In this document: one piece after another, positions 31,045-39,459 of the stretch | Numbering within the stretch: the first letter of the stretch is position 1 | Layout: each line of letters starts with the position of its first letter | NCBI GenBank assembly: GCA_024637095.1 | Contig: JAGXFV010000024.1 | Location: 770 to 64,769, forward strand | Source: Actinomycetes bacterium | GTDB taxonomy: Bacteria > Actinomycetota > Thermoleophilia > RBG-16-64-13 | Length of the DNA stretch: 64,000 bases | Direction: 5' to 3' | The notes under the pieces: model-generated | Databases searched by the model: none | Told to the model about the DNA's origin: nothing | What the model saw: only the letters and a program-made list of their open reading frames with translations | Program-made: the position numbers and the translations under genes

Positions 31045-31119
31045 ACTGCTGTTCACCTCCTCCCCCACACAATCGGGGCGCATCGTTTCTCCGGCGGCAC
31101 GCGGCCGCCGCTCACGCGG

Positions 31120-31644
31120 CTAGGCCGCCTGCGCCTTCTGCTCTCGAATTTGGTCCAGGGCGATGGTAAACCCGCGGATCGGCCCGGTCAGCACGGTTGC
31201 AAAACCGTACAGCGGCGCAGCGATCCCACCGATGACCTTGGCCACCAGCTCGTCACGGCTGGGCAGAGAGGCAAGCTCCTCCACCTGCGACGCAACGATC
31301 AGATGATCGCGCAGGAATCCGCCCTTGACCGTGAGCTTCTTGTAACTCTTCGCGAAATCCTGGATGGCTTTGGCCGGAGCGACCGGATCGTCGTCACAGT
31401 AGGCGATGGCGGTCGGACCTTCCAGCATGGGGCCGACTCCTTCCATGCCGGTCTGACCCACCGCCCGCAGCGCCAATGTGTTCTTGACCACCTTGAGCTC
31501 GGCGCCCGCCTCGCGCAGCTTGCTGCGCAGCTCGGTCGCCTCGGACACGGTGATCCCACGATAATCCACCAGGAAGTACGAAGGATGGCTTTTCAGATCG
31601 TCGACGATCTCGTTGACCGCGGCGACCTTCTCCGGTTTCGGCAT
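31120..31644 (-). CDS. rplJ: 50S ribosomal protein L10
   Basis: DYRGITV, VVKNTL, LASLPSRDEL; ATG follows GAAGGAGGGAGG. Confidence 0.97.
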   Translation of the reverse strand: MPKPEKVAAVNEIVDDLKSHPSYFLVDYRGITVSEATELRSKLREAGAELKVVKNTLALRAVGQTGMEGVGPMLEGPTAIAYCDDDPVAPAKAIQDFAKSYKKLTVKGGFLRDHLIVASQVEELASLPSRDELVAKVIGGIAAPLYGFATVLTGPIRGFTIALDQIREQKAQAA

Positions 31645-31747
31645 CTGCCTCCCTCCTTCATCGCACAAAAAAACGCCCACCCCGAGACGGAGATGGACGA
31701 TGAGGGCGATCGAGGGCTGCCTGTTGGCCGTCTCGCTCGCGTCTAAC

Positions 31748-31825
31748 GTCTGCCTCGGCCGGCCGATGAAGCGCTCTTCATCATTTCGGCCACCCCGCGG
31801 GGCGGCGCCGGCTGTCTCGGGCTTG
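31748..31825 (-). promoter_or_regulatory. L10 leader (autogenous control RNA)
   Basis: Minus strand ccGAGACAGCCGG...CCGGCCGAGG resembles the L10-leader pattern; TATACT -10 just upstream. Confidence 0.65.
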
Positions 31826-31955
31826 GCCGAGCAGTATAGCACGGCCTCCAAGTGACTGGCATTCTCGCGGGTGGTTGTTTGAGAAATGGGTAACAAGCGG
31901 ATGGAGGTGTCTGCGCGGATGCGATCCCAGATCGGGATACAGGGAGGATGATGCC

Positions 31956-32426
31956 ATGGCTGCAGGGCATTGGAAAACGAGGACGGTCATCCTAGGAGCG
32001 GTCCTCGGCCTAACTGTCCTTGGAGTCTTCCTCGCGTTTGGCCCCCCCGAACTCTTCGCACGATCCGAGGAACCCGAATTCTGCGGTGGGGCCTGCCACC
32101 CGATGGAAGCCAACTACGAATCCTGGTTTCACGAGGGTCCCCACCGGCAGGTCAAGTGCGTCGATTGCCACCTGCCCAACACCAGCACTCCCCGGCACCT
32201 ATGGCAGAAGGGACTGGACGGCGTGCATGACTTATGGGTGTTCTCCACCGACCAGGTTCCGGACGAGATCGAGCTTTCCGAACGAGGACAATCGGTGGTC
32301 CAGGAGAACTGCCTGATCTGCCACGGAGCCATGACCACGCACATCGATCAGGAGAGGACCTGCTGGGACTGCCACCGCGGCATGTCTCACGGCTTCGGCG
32401 GATCGGTCGAGGCGAAGAACCTTTGA
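31956..32426 (+). CDS. nrfH: Cytochrome c nitrite reductase small subunit (NapC/NirT family)
   Basis: N-terminal TM helix; haem motifs CGGACH, CVDCH, CLICH, CWDCH; directly upstream of nrfA. Confidence 0.92.
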   Translation: MAAGHWKTRTVILGAVLGLTVLGVFLAFGPPELFARSEEPEFCGGACHPMEANYESWFHEGPHRQVKCVDCHLPNTSTPRHLWQKGLDGVHDLWVFSTDQVPDEIELSERGQSVVQENCLICHGAMTTHIDQERTCWDCHRGMSHGFGGSVEAKNL

Positions 32427-32449
32427 CCTCGCAGGGGAGTGAGCAAGTT

Positions 32450-33937
32450 ATGAGACAAAAAGTGCCTGGATTTCTGGTCTTGGCCGCGCTCGTCGTGGCC
32501 ATCCTTCCGCTCGCGCTCGGCTGCGCGCCGGACAAGCCAGAGGCCGTGAAGACAGGGACGATTCCGGCCGACACCGTGGATCCCAAGGTCTGGGGAAACC
32601 TCTACCCCGTTCAGTACGACCTCTGGCTGGCCACCAGCGAAGACCGCCCCGCGGGCGAGAGCCCATATAAGCGAGGGGGCGACGAGGGCAAGGTCGTCTA
32701 CGACAAGCTGAGCGAGTACCCCTTCATGGCCCTCCTCTTCAACGGCTGGGGTTTCGGGGTCGAATACAACGAGCCGCGCGGACACGCCCACATGGTCACC
32801 GACCAACTGGAGATAGACCCCTCGCGGGTCAAGTCCGGCGGCGCCTGCCTTACCTGCAAGACTCCGTATGCCCCCTCGATGTACGAGGAGCAGGGCGCCG
32901 GCTACATGGGCGATCCGTATCTGGAGGTGCACTCGCGCATCCCCAAGGAATTTCAGGAACTGGGAGTGACGTGCATCGATTGCCACGACAACGAGACCAT
33001 GGCGATCAAGCTCAGCCGTCCCGCCTTGACCGACGCCTTGGAGGACATAGGCTTCGACCACGAAGGAGCGACGCGTCAGGAGATGCGGACCCTGGCCTGC
33101 GCCCAATGCCACGTCACGTACGTGCTCCAGCGCGATGAGGAGATGAAGCCGGTCGAGCTCATCTTCCCCTGGGAGGGAAGCAACGAGGGCGCCATCACCA
33201 TCGAGAACATCATCGATGTGATCAAGGATGAGCCCTCCTACTACGAGTGGAAACAGGGCGTCACCGGGTTCAAGCTGGCGTTCATCCGCCACCCGGAGTA
33301 CGAGTTCTTCACGGCCGGGAGCGTGCACGCGAATGCCGGTCTGTCCTGTGCCGACTGCCACATGCCCTACACCCGGGTGGGCTCGGCCAAGGTGAGCGAC
33401 CACGATGTGACCAGTCCGCTGAAGAACGAGATGGAAGCGTGCCGGCAGTGCCACCCCAGCTCCATCGAGGACCTGAAGGAACAGGTGGTGGCGATCCAAG
33501 AGCGCACCCTTTCGATGACCAATCGCGCCGGCTATGCCACCGCGGTCTCGGCCAAGCTGTTCGAGACCACGCACAAAGCTAAGGAGGCGGGTCGGCAGGT
33601 CGATCAAGCGCTCTATGATCAGGCCAAGGAGTTCTACCTGCAGGCCTTCTACCGCACGAATTACCTTGGCGCCGAGAACTCGCTCGGCTTCCACAATCCC
33701 AGTGAGGCAGGACGGATCGCGGGCGACGCGATCGCGATGGCGACCCAGTGCCAGGCCCTGCTCCGCCAGGCACTGACGGAGGCCGGGGTATCAGTGCCGG
33801 CCGCCGTCAACCTCGAGTTGGGCACGTACCTCAATGACCGGGGCGAGAAGGGTCTGATGTTCGACACGGAAGTGGAGCTCAAAGACCCAACCGGAGTGCA
33901 GGATCTGCTCACCCCAGCGGAGTCTCTCGGTTATTAG
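32450..33937 (+). CDS. nrfA: Pentahaem cytochrome c nitrite reductase, ammonia-forming (lipoprotein)
   Basis: Lipobox LALGC; YNEPRGH; active-site CLTCK plus CIDCH, CAQCH, CADCH, CRQCH; RHPEYE; AENSLGFHNP. Confidence 0.96.
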   Translation: MRQKVPGFLVLAALVVAILPLALGCAPDKPEAVKTGTIPADTVDPKVWGNLYPVQYDLWLATSEDRPAGESPYKRGGDEGKVVYDKLSEYPFMALLFNGWGFGVEYNEPRGHAHMVTDQLEIDPSRVKSGGACLTCKTPYAPSMYEEQGAGYMGDPYLEVHSRIPKEFQELGVTCIDCHDNETMAIKLSRPALTDALEDIGFDHEGATRQEMRTLACAQCHVTYVLQRDEEMKPVELIFPWEGSNEGAITIENIIDVIKDEPSYYEWKQGVTGFKLAFIRHPEYEFFTAGSVHANAGLSCADCHMPYTRVGSAKVSDHDVTSPLKNEMEACRQCHPSSIEDLKEQVVAIQERTLSMTNRAGYATAVSAKLFETTHKAKEAGRQVDQALYDQAKEFYLQAFYRTNYLGAENSLGFHNPSEAGRIAGDAIAMATQCQALLRQALTEAGVSVPAAVNLELGTYLNDRGEKGLMFDTEVELKDPTGVQDLLTPAESLGY

Positions 33938-33983
33938 CCACGCTGGAGTAAGAGCGGGGCCGCATCCCCAGCTCCACACGCAG

Positions 33984-34023
33984 GAAAGCCCGCTCCCGGG
34001 AAAGAAGTCCGGAGCGGGCTTTC
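33984..34023. terminator. Bidirectional intrinsic terminator between nrfA and rplA
   Basis: gaaagcccgctcc...ggagcgggctttc inverted repeat between convergent genes. Confidence 0.8.
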
Positions 34024-34077
34024 TGATTCCAACCAGCGCCTTCCCGCCACGGCGGGTCGCACATAACCAGCGAGGGA

Positions 34078-34815
34078 CTAGAGGGCCGCTTCTGCCGCCG
34101 CAGCCTCCTCGAGTTCATCGATCAGACCCCGGCTCTTGGTCGAGTCAACGGGTATGCCCGGGCCCATGGTGCTCGTCAGCGTGATCGAACGCAGATACTT
34201 GCCCTTGGCCGCCGCCGGCTTGGCGCGGATGAGCTCGTCCAGCATCTCGGCGTAGTTCTCGACGATCTGCTTCTCGCTGAAGGACTTCTTGCCGATGATC
34301 ACGTGTACCACGCCGAACTTGTCGGTGCGGTACTCGATCTTGCCGCCCTTGGTATCCTGCACCGCCTTGGCCACGTCGAAGGTGACGGTACCGGCTTTGG
34401 GATTGGGCATCAGTCCTCGGGGACCGAGCACTCGTCCGAGCTTACCGACCACGCCCATCATGTCGGGGGTGGCAATCGCAGCATCGAAGTCGATCTCGCC
34501 GGCCTCGACCCTGGCGGCCAGGTCCTCGGCGCCCACTACGTCTGCACCGGCCTCCTGGGCCTCGGTGGCTTTGTCACCTTTGGCAAAGACCGCGACGCGA
34601 ACCACCTGACCGGTGCCGTTGGGCAGCATGAGCGTGCCGCGCAGTTGCTGGTCGGCGTGCCGGGGATTTACCCCCAGCTTCATATGCACTTCGATGGTCT
34701 CGTCGAACTTAGCCGAGGGGAGTTGCTTCAGTAACTGAACGGCTTCGACGGGGGAGTACTCGCGGGTGACGTCCACAGAGCGACGCGCCTCGCGGTAGCG
34801 CTTGGAACGGGCCAT
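34078..34815 (-). CDS. rplA: 50S ribosomal protein L1
   Basis: [27 protein letters not shown]. Confidence 0.98.
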   Translation of the reverse strand: MARSKRYREARRSVDVTREYSPVEAVQLLKQLPSAKFDETIEVHMKLGVNPRHADQQLRGTLMLPNGTGQVVRVAVFAKGDKATEAQEAGADVVGAEDLAARVEAGEIDFDAAIATPDMMGVVGKLGRVLGPRGLMPNPKAGTVTFDVAKAVQDTKGGKIEYRTDKFGVVHVIIGKKSFSEKQIVENYAEMLDELIRAKPAAAKGKYLRSITLTSTMGPGIPVDSTKSRGLIDELEEAAAAEAAL

Positions 34816-34830
34816 ATTGACCTACCTCCT

Positions 34831-34861
34831 GGTGGTGCCAGCGGGCTATTGCCCTCCCACC
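34831..34861 (-). promoter_or_regulatory. L1-binding autoregulatory site upstream of rplA
   Basis: Minus strand GGTGGGAG-ggcaatagccc-gctggcACCACC directly before AGGAGG; matches the L1-binding leader fold known between rplK and rplA in Gram-positives. Confidence 0.7.
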
Positions 34862-34952
34862 GCTATCGGACCCCGGTGGCGCGCTTGGCCGCCGCGGCCC
34901 TCTTTGTCTATTTGGAAGCGAGGCCTCCGCCTCGGCTCCCGGCGCGTAAGGC

Positions 34953-35381
34953 CTAGCGGCCCTCCACGGTTACGCCCATGCTGCGGGCCGTGCCGGCGAT
35001 AATCTGCATCGCGCCCTCGACGTCGTTGGCGTTGAGGTCGGGGAGTTTGGTCTCGGCGATCTCCCGAAGCTGGGCTCCGGTGATTTTGCCCACCTTGTCG
35101 CGGTTCGGCACGCCTGATCCCTTGTCGATCCCAGCGGCCTTCCGGATGAGCACAGCCGCCGGCGGGGTCTTCGTGATGAAGGTGAAGGAGCGGTCCTCGA
35201 AGACGGTGATCTCCACCGGAATGATCGTCCCAACGCTGTCCTGCGTCTGGGCGTTATACGCCTTCGTGAACTCCATGATGTTGATCCCGTGCTGGCCAAG
35301 CGCAGGGCCCACTGGGGGGGCCGGGGTCGCCTTTCCCGCCGGAATCTGCAGTTTGATGATTGCCCTAACTTTCTTCGCCAC
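34953..35381 (-). CDS. rplK: 50S ribosomal protein L11
   Basis: [19 protein letters not shown]. Confidence 0.98.
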   Translation of the reverse strand: MAKKVRAIIKLQIPAGKATPAPPVGPALGQHGINIMEFTKAYNAQTQDSVGTIIPVEITVFEDRSFTFITKTPPAAVLIRKAAGIDKGSGVPNRDKVGKITGAQLREIAETKLPDLNANDVEGAMQIIAGTARSMGVTVEGR

Positions 35382-35409
35382 CGATCGCTCCCGTCACCGA
35401 AAAACTTTG

Positions 35410-35937
35410 TTAGATCTTCTTGACCTGCTCGAAACCCAGCTCGGTCGGCGTGTCGCGACCGAAGATGGAAACCATCACCTTGAGCTTGCTCTGCTCCGCA
35501 TTGACCTCGGACACCTCACCGGTAAAGTCGCTCAGTGGGCCGGCAATGACCTTGACCTGATCCCCGACGGAGAATTCCGCTTTGGCCTTGGGCTTCTCAA
35601 CGGTGGCCGTATGAAGGATGCGATCGACCTCAGTCGGGCTCAAGGGGGTCGGGGCGCTGCCAGAACCCACGAAACCGGTTACGCCGGGGGTGTTTTTCAC
35701 CAGAGACCAGGAGTCGTCCGTCAGGATCATCTTGACCAGGATGTAGCCGGGGAAGATCCGCTTCTCCACCTGGACCTTCTCGCCGCCCTTGGTCTCGACC
35801 ACCTGCTCGGTGGGCACCACGATATCCTCGAATGCATCCACCTGATTCATCGACTGGATACGGTGCTCCAGGTTGGCCCGCGCCTTGTTCTCATGACCGG
35901 AGTACGTGTTGATTACGTACCACTTTGGATCGAACAC
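35410..35937 (-). CDS. nusG: Transcription termination/antitermination factor NusG
   Basis: WYVINTYSGHE, FPGYILV, TPGVTGFVG, IFGRDTP. Confidence 0.97.
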   Translation of the reverse strand: MFDPKWYVINTYSGHENKARANLEHRIQSMNQVDAFEDIVVPTEQVVETKGGEKVQVEKRIFPGYILVKMILTDDSWSLVKNTPGVTGFVGSGSAPTPLSPTEVDRILHTATVEKPKAKAEFSVGDQVKVIAGPLSDFTGEVSEVNAEQSKLKVMVSIFGRDTPTELGFEQVKKI

Positions 35938-35945
35938 CGGGCGCC

Positions 35946-36233
35946 CTACCCCAACCTGGCCAGATCGACGAGTGTGGCCCAGACGAGGTCCCAGACGCCG
36001 ATGTAGACCGCGGCAATTACGCACGCGACCAGCACGACCATGGTCGACTGGAGCAACTCGGGCCGCTCCGGCCAGGTGACCTTGCCCATCTCCACGCGCA
36101 CTTCCCGGAAAAAGGTACCGAGACGGCCGCTCCGCTGCATTGCCTGAGAACGGGTGGAGCGGGCCACCGTGTTTCCGCGGTTCTGGACCCGAGACGTCTT
36201 GGGCGTCGGCTTACTCGTCGTAGTCTTTGCCAT
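35946..36233 (-). CDS. secE: Preprotein translocase SecE
   Basis: FFREVRVEMGKVTWP followed by one TM helix; upstream of nusG. Confidence 0.93.
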   Translation of the reverse strand: MAKTTTSKPTPKTSRVQNRGNTVARSTRSQAMQRSGRLGTFFREVRVEMGKVTWPERPELLQSTMVVLVACVIAAVYIGVWDLVWATLVDLARLG

Positions 36234-36256
36234 CACACACCTATTTAGAAGAAACC

Positions 36257-36333
36257 TGGCAGGGCAGGAGGGATTCGAACCCACGGCCTGCGGTTTTGGA
36301 GACCGCTGCTCTAGCCAGCTGAGCTACTGCCCT
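36257..36333 (-). tRNA. tRNA-Trp (CCA)
   Basis: Cloverleaf agggcag...ctCCAaa...gttcgaatc...ctgccctgCCA. Confidence 0.97.
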
Positions 36334-36347
36334 GCGAATGACTCGCG

Positions 36348-36497
36348 CTACTTGGTTTCCTTATGGACCGTATGACCCTCACACCACTTGCAGTACTTGC
36401 GGAACTCGATCCGCTCCGGATCATTCCGCTTGTTCTTCATGCTGGTGTAATTGCGGCGCTTGCACTCTTGGCAGGCCATCGTGACTCTAACCCGCAT
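36348..36497 (-). CDS. rpmG: 50S ribosomal protein L33 (Zn type)
   Basis: Manual translation [49 protein letters not shown]. Confidence 0.97.
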   Translation of the reverse strand: MRVRVTMACQECKRRNYTSMKNKRNDPERIEFRKYCKWCEGHTVHKETK

Positions 36498-36600
36498 TAC
36501 TTCACCATTCCCTATCTCGAACGATGCGGCATCCTACCATAGCCCACAACGGGAACCCAAGGGGGAGCAGCCCTCCCTGGGTTGCACGATGAAGCCTAGG

Positions 36601-36674
36601 TAGCGGGGCAGGGACTCGAACCCCGGACTCGCGGATTATGATTCCGCTGCTCTGACCAACTGAGCTACCCCGCC
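36601..36674 (-). tRNA. tRNA-Met (CAT), elongator type; CCA not encoded
   Basis: ggcggggtagctcag...atCATaa...gttcgagtc...ccccgcta. Confidence 0.93.
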
Positions 36675-36679
36675 TTGTA

Positions 36680-36755
<76 letters not shown>

Positions 36756-36824
36756 CCGTCCCGGAAGACCGGCATCCCGCCGACCCACCCGTCGCGCCCC
36801 GCGCAACATGCGCGAAAGCTAAGG

Positions 36825-36906
<82 letters not shown>

Positions 36907-36935
36907 ACGGGAATGCCGCCTAAAGGCGAAGACGG

Positions 36936-36963
36936 ATGATACCAGAGGTCAGGGGGTTTTCAA
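36936..36963 (-). promoter_or_regulatory. Promoter of the tRNA-Tyr/Thr/Met cluster
   Basis: Minus strand TTGAAA-16 nt-TATCAT with an extended -10 TG. Confidence 0.65.
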
Positions 36964-37046
36964 GCAAACGGAGGCCACCGAAAGGGCGAGCCAAACGGGC
37001 CGCAAACCGCCCCCAGGAACCCACAACCTCAGCCCACCCCGGGCCA

Positions 37047-37174
37047 CAGAATGAACTGAGGCCCCGACGCTGCCACGTCATCGGGGCCCCTAGTTCGAAG
37101 GAGGGAGGATGGGTTTTGTTTGAAACGTGTCGTCGCCATGTCGGCCTTGCGACCGACCGACTCGTTTGTTGTTG
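37047..37174 (-). ncRNA. Candidate small regulatory RNA (hairpin, anti-SD linker, hairpin)
   Basis: Own promoter upstream; 5' stem capped by a GCAA tetraloop; single-stranded CCCAUCCUCCCUCCUUC; 3' GC-rich hairpin. Confidence 0.6.
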
Positions 37175-37179
37175 ACTGC

Positions 37180-37208
37180 ATTGTACTACAGCTCGTAGTA
37201 CATGACAA
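37180..37208 (-). promoter_or_regulatory. Sigma70 promoter overlapped by a palindromic operator
   Basis: TTGTCA-17 nt-TACAAT; palindrome TGTACTAC-N5-GTAGTACA at 37182-37202. Confidence 0.75.
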
Positions 37209-37271
37209 GTGGCCCACTTTTGCGCTCCGGAGGTATGCCGCAGACGGCGGTTCCTGGCGGAGCGACCGCCC

Positions 37272-38936
37272 TCAACCCACGAAGCCGTCGCCCTTCGTCC
37301 CGTCGAGACCCAGCAGTTCTCTCGCCTCGCTCGCCAGTTGCAGCCCCACCTGAGCTTCCTCATCCACGATGGTGGTGGCGCCGGCTCGGCGGAAGTCCTC
37401 CTGATATCTGTGGTACCGGGCGCGAACCAGGATGTGGGCCTGGGGAGCGAGGAAGCGGACGAGGTCGATGACCCGTTTGGTCGCGGAGGGGTCCGGGGTG
37501 GTGATCAGGACCGCGGCGGCGCAGGCTATCTCTAGATGCTCGAGCACCTCGGCGTGCGTGGCGTCGCCCAAGTGCAGGCGGATCCCGTGCTCTCGGGCGG
37601 CGACTGCGTTGCGGGGGTTCAGGTCCACGACGGTCAGGTGCTCCACTCCCGCCTCGCGCATTGCGTCCGCCGCGCGCTGGCCGGCGGGTCCGTAGCCGAT
37701 CACCACGACCTGCCCGGGCCCGTCACTGCAGGCCAGTTCCGCCTGCCGTCGCCCGCCTTGACTCCGCCGCGCGGCCGCCGCCTCGGGGAGGACATGGGCC
37801 GCCGCCGAAGCCAGGTAAGGGGTGAGCAGGAGCGTCAGCACCGTCACGGACAGGATCAGCCGAAATAGATCATCGTCCAGGAGCCCTTCGCCCCGAGCCA
37901 CCTGAGCCAGGACGAAGGAGAACTCTCCTATCTGCGCGATGGTCAGGCCGGTAGCCAGAGCCGTGCCGGTCCGGTAACCCAAGAGGCGCAGCACGCCTGT
38001 CACGATGCCGCTCTTGCCGACCACCACCAGCGCCACGAGCGCCAGGACCATGCCCGCGTTGGACAGCGCCCAGGCAGGATCGCCAAACATACCCACAGAA
38101 GAGAAGAAGAGGGTGATGAGCAGAGTGCGAAGCGCCGAGATGTCCGAGCGGATCTGAACTGCGAACGGCGATTCCGCCAAAAGCAGTCCGGCAGCAAAGG
38201 CGCCAACGGCGGGGCTGAATTCAATGGCGTGGGCTCCCCAGGTCGCCCCCAGCGCGACGAGCACCGCCAGCAGGATGGGAAGCTCGCGGTTTCGCGTGAG
38301 ACCCCCAAGCCGGAAGACCTTTGGCAGGAGCACCCCAACCAATAGGTAGAGCAGACCCAGTCCGGCGATACCCAGCAAAGCCGCTCGGCCCAGATCCCAA
38401 AGCGTTTCGTCGAGGCCGCCTTCACCGGCAAGCGCCGAGACGAAGAAAACGAGCGGCACCACCGCCACATCCTGGACGAGGAGAATAGCGATGGCGTTGC
38501 GGCCAAAGACGCTGTCCGTCTGAGCCCGGTCGGTCAGCACGCGCACGACGAAGGCCGTGCTCGAAAGCGCGGCCACCGCCCCCACGGCCAGAGCGGGACG
38601 CGAACCCAATCCCAGGGCCAAGGCCACGAAGTAGGCGGCGGCGCCCGTGAGCAAGATCTGCGCACCGCCAGCGACGAAAGGCACCCAACCCAGCCGGAGC
38701 AGCCGTCGCAGGGAGAATTCCAGTCCGATGGTGAAGAGCAGGAGCGCGGCGCCCAGTTCGGCCAGCACCTCCACGTCTTCGCCGGTGGGAATCAATCCCA
38801 GGACATTGGGGCCGATGAGCATCCCGGCGAGAAGGTAGCCGATGATGGCGCTCTGCCTTAGTTGCTCGGCGAGTATCCCCAGCGCGAGCGCCGCGCCGAG
38901 CAAGATCATTATTTCCGCGAGTTGCCCCCACTCCAT
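37272..38936 (-). CDS. CPA2/Kef-type cation:proton antiporter with TrkA-N domain
   Basis: GYLLAGMLIGP, LLFTIGLEFS, ALSSTA, AQIGEFSFVL; C-terminal VIGYGPAG Rossmann motif. Confidence 0.92.
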   Translation of the reverse strand: MEWGQLAEIMILLGAALALGILAEQLRQSAIIGYLLAGMLIGPNVLGLIPTGEDVEVLAELGAALLLFTIGLEFSLRRLLRLGWVPFVAGGAQILLTGAAAYFVALALGLGSRPALAVGAVAALSSTAFVVRVLTDRAQTDSVFGRNAIAILLVQDVAVVPLVFFVSALAGEGGLDETLWDLGRAALLGIAGLGLLYLLVGVLLPKVFRLGGLTRNRELPILLAVLVALGATWGAHAIEFSPAVGAFAAGLLLAESPFAVQIRSDISALRTLLITLFFSSVGMFGDPAWALSNAGMVLALVALVVVGKSGIVTGVLRLLGYRTGTALATGLTIAQIGEFSFVLAQVARGEGLLDDDLFRLILSVTVLTLLLTPYLASAAAHVLPEAAAARRSQGGRRQAELACSDGPGQVVVIGYGPAGQRAADAMREAGVEHLTVVDLNPRNAVAAREHGIRLHLGDATHAEVLEHLEIACAAAVLITTPDPSATKRVIDLVRFLAPQAHILVRARYHRYQEDFRRAGATTIVDEEAQVGLQLASEARELLGLDGTKGDGFVG

Positions 38937-39120
38937 AAAGAGAGCTTACCCCAGCGGGCAGGCACTCCCGCAGGGTGTTGGGGCGCGTCTCTTCCTCCGC
39001 GCCCGCCGTGGCCACTCACCTTGTTCGGTCCTCCCTGCCGGACGCCGCCCGCGTTTCTCGGTCACCGACATTCGGGGAGAGCGACTGAAAACCCTAAGCT
39101 TTCGCAACGAGGTGAAGCAA

Positions 39121-39459
39121 ATGGCAGCGGAATTGATCGGCGGGCCCACGCTCGAACGCGACAAGGGCGAGGTGCGAGCCGACTTCAGATTCAGGTTGAC
39201 GGGGCTGCAGTACGATCGCCTAGAGCTGGGCTGGCGGGATCCGGCCGCCGGAGGGACGGGCATCGAACCGGGTGGCTCCTCGCTCGTGGTCTCCCAGGGA
39301 AAGACCGAGTTGATCGTTCCGGTCCACGTCCCCGAGAGCTACTTCACGGGTGGCAGGGTCATCAGGTTTCAGTTGCGCGACGCCGACGAGGCCGACGCCC
39401 CGCCCATGTGGCAGCGGGACTACCTGCTGGGCCCGGACCTGCAGATCGAAGCCGCGTGA
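39121..39459 (+). CDS. Hypothetical protein (112 aa, beta-rich)
   Basis: GAGGTG RBS before ATG 39121; stop overlaps the next GTG start. Confidence 0.65.
   Translation: MAAELIGGPTLERDKGEVRADFRFRLTGLQYDRLELGWRDPAAGGTGIEPGGSSLVVSQGKTELIVPVHVPESYFTGGRVIRFQLRDADEADAPPMWQRDYLLGPDLQIEAA

Noticed and set aside
31875..31896. TTGTT-N12-AACAA upstream of nrfH as a Rex/FNR/Crp site
   Set aside because: Spacing and half-sites do not match those consensus sequences, and the arms are only 5 bp.
31645..31896. Extended N-termini of rplJ (and similarly rpsL, rpsJ, nusG, rpoB, katA) in the ORF track
   Set aside because: These are upstream in-frame starts without an RBS that run through leader or promoter DNA; the shorter starts match the families.
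37097..37175. Plus-strand mini-ORFs (MGFV; MFETCRRHVGLATDRLVCC) after AAGGAGGGAGG
   Set aside because: No plus-strand promoter or downstream gene is evident, while the promoter and hairpins fit a minus-strand RNA. Not fully excluded: a type I toxin-antitoxin-like arrangement remains a minor alternative.
38862..39455. N-terminal extension making Qor 524 aa
   Set aside because: It overlaps the antiporter start and a separate RBS-led ORF; the Qor-like sequence begins at GTG 39456.
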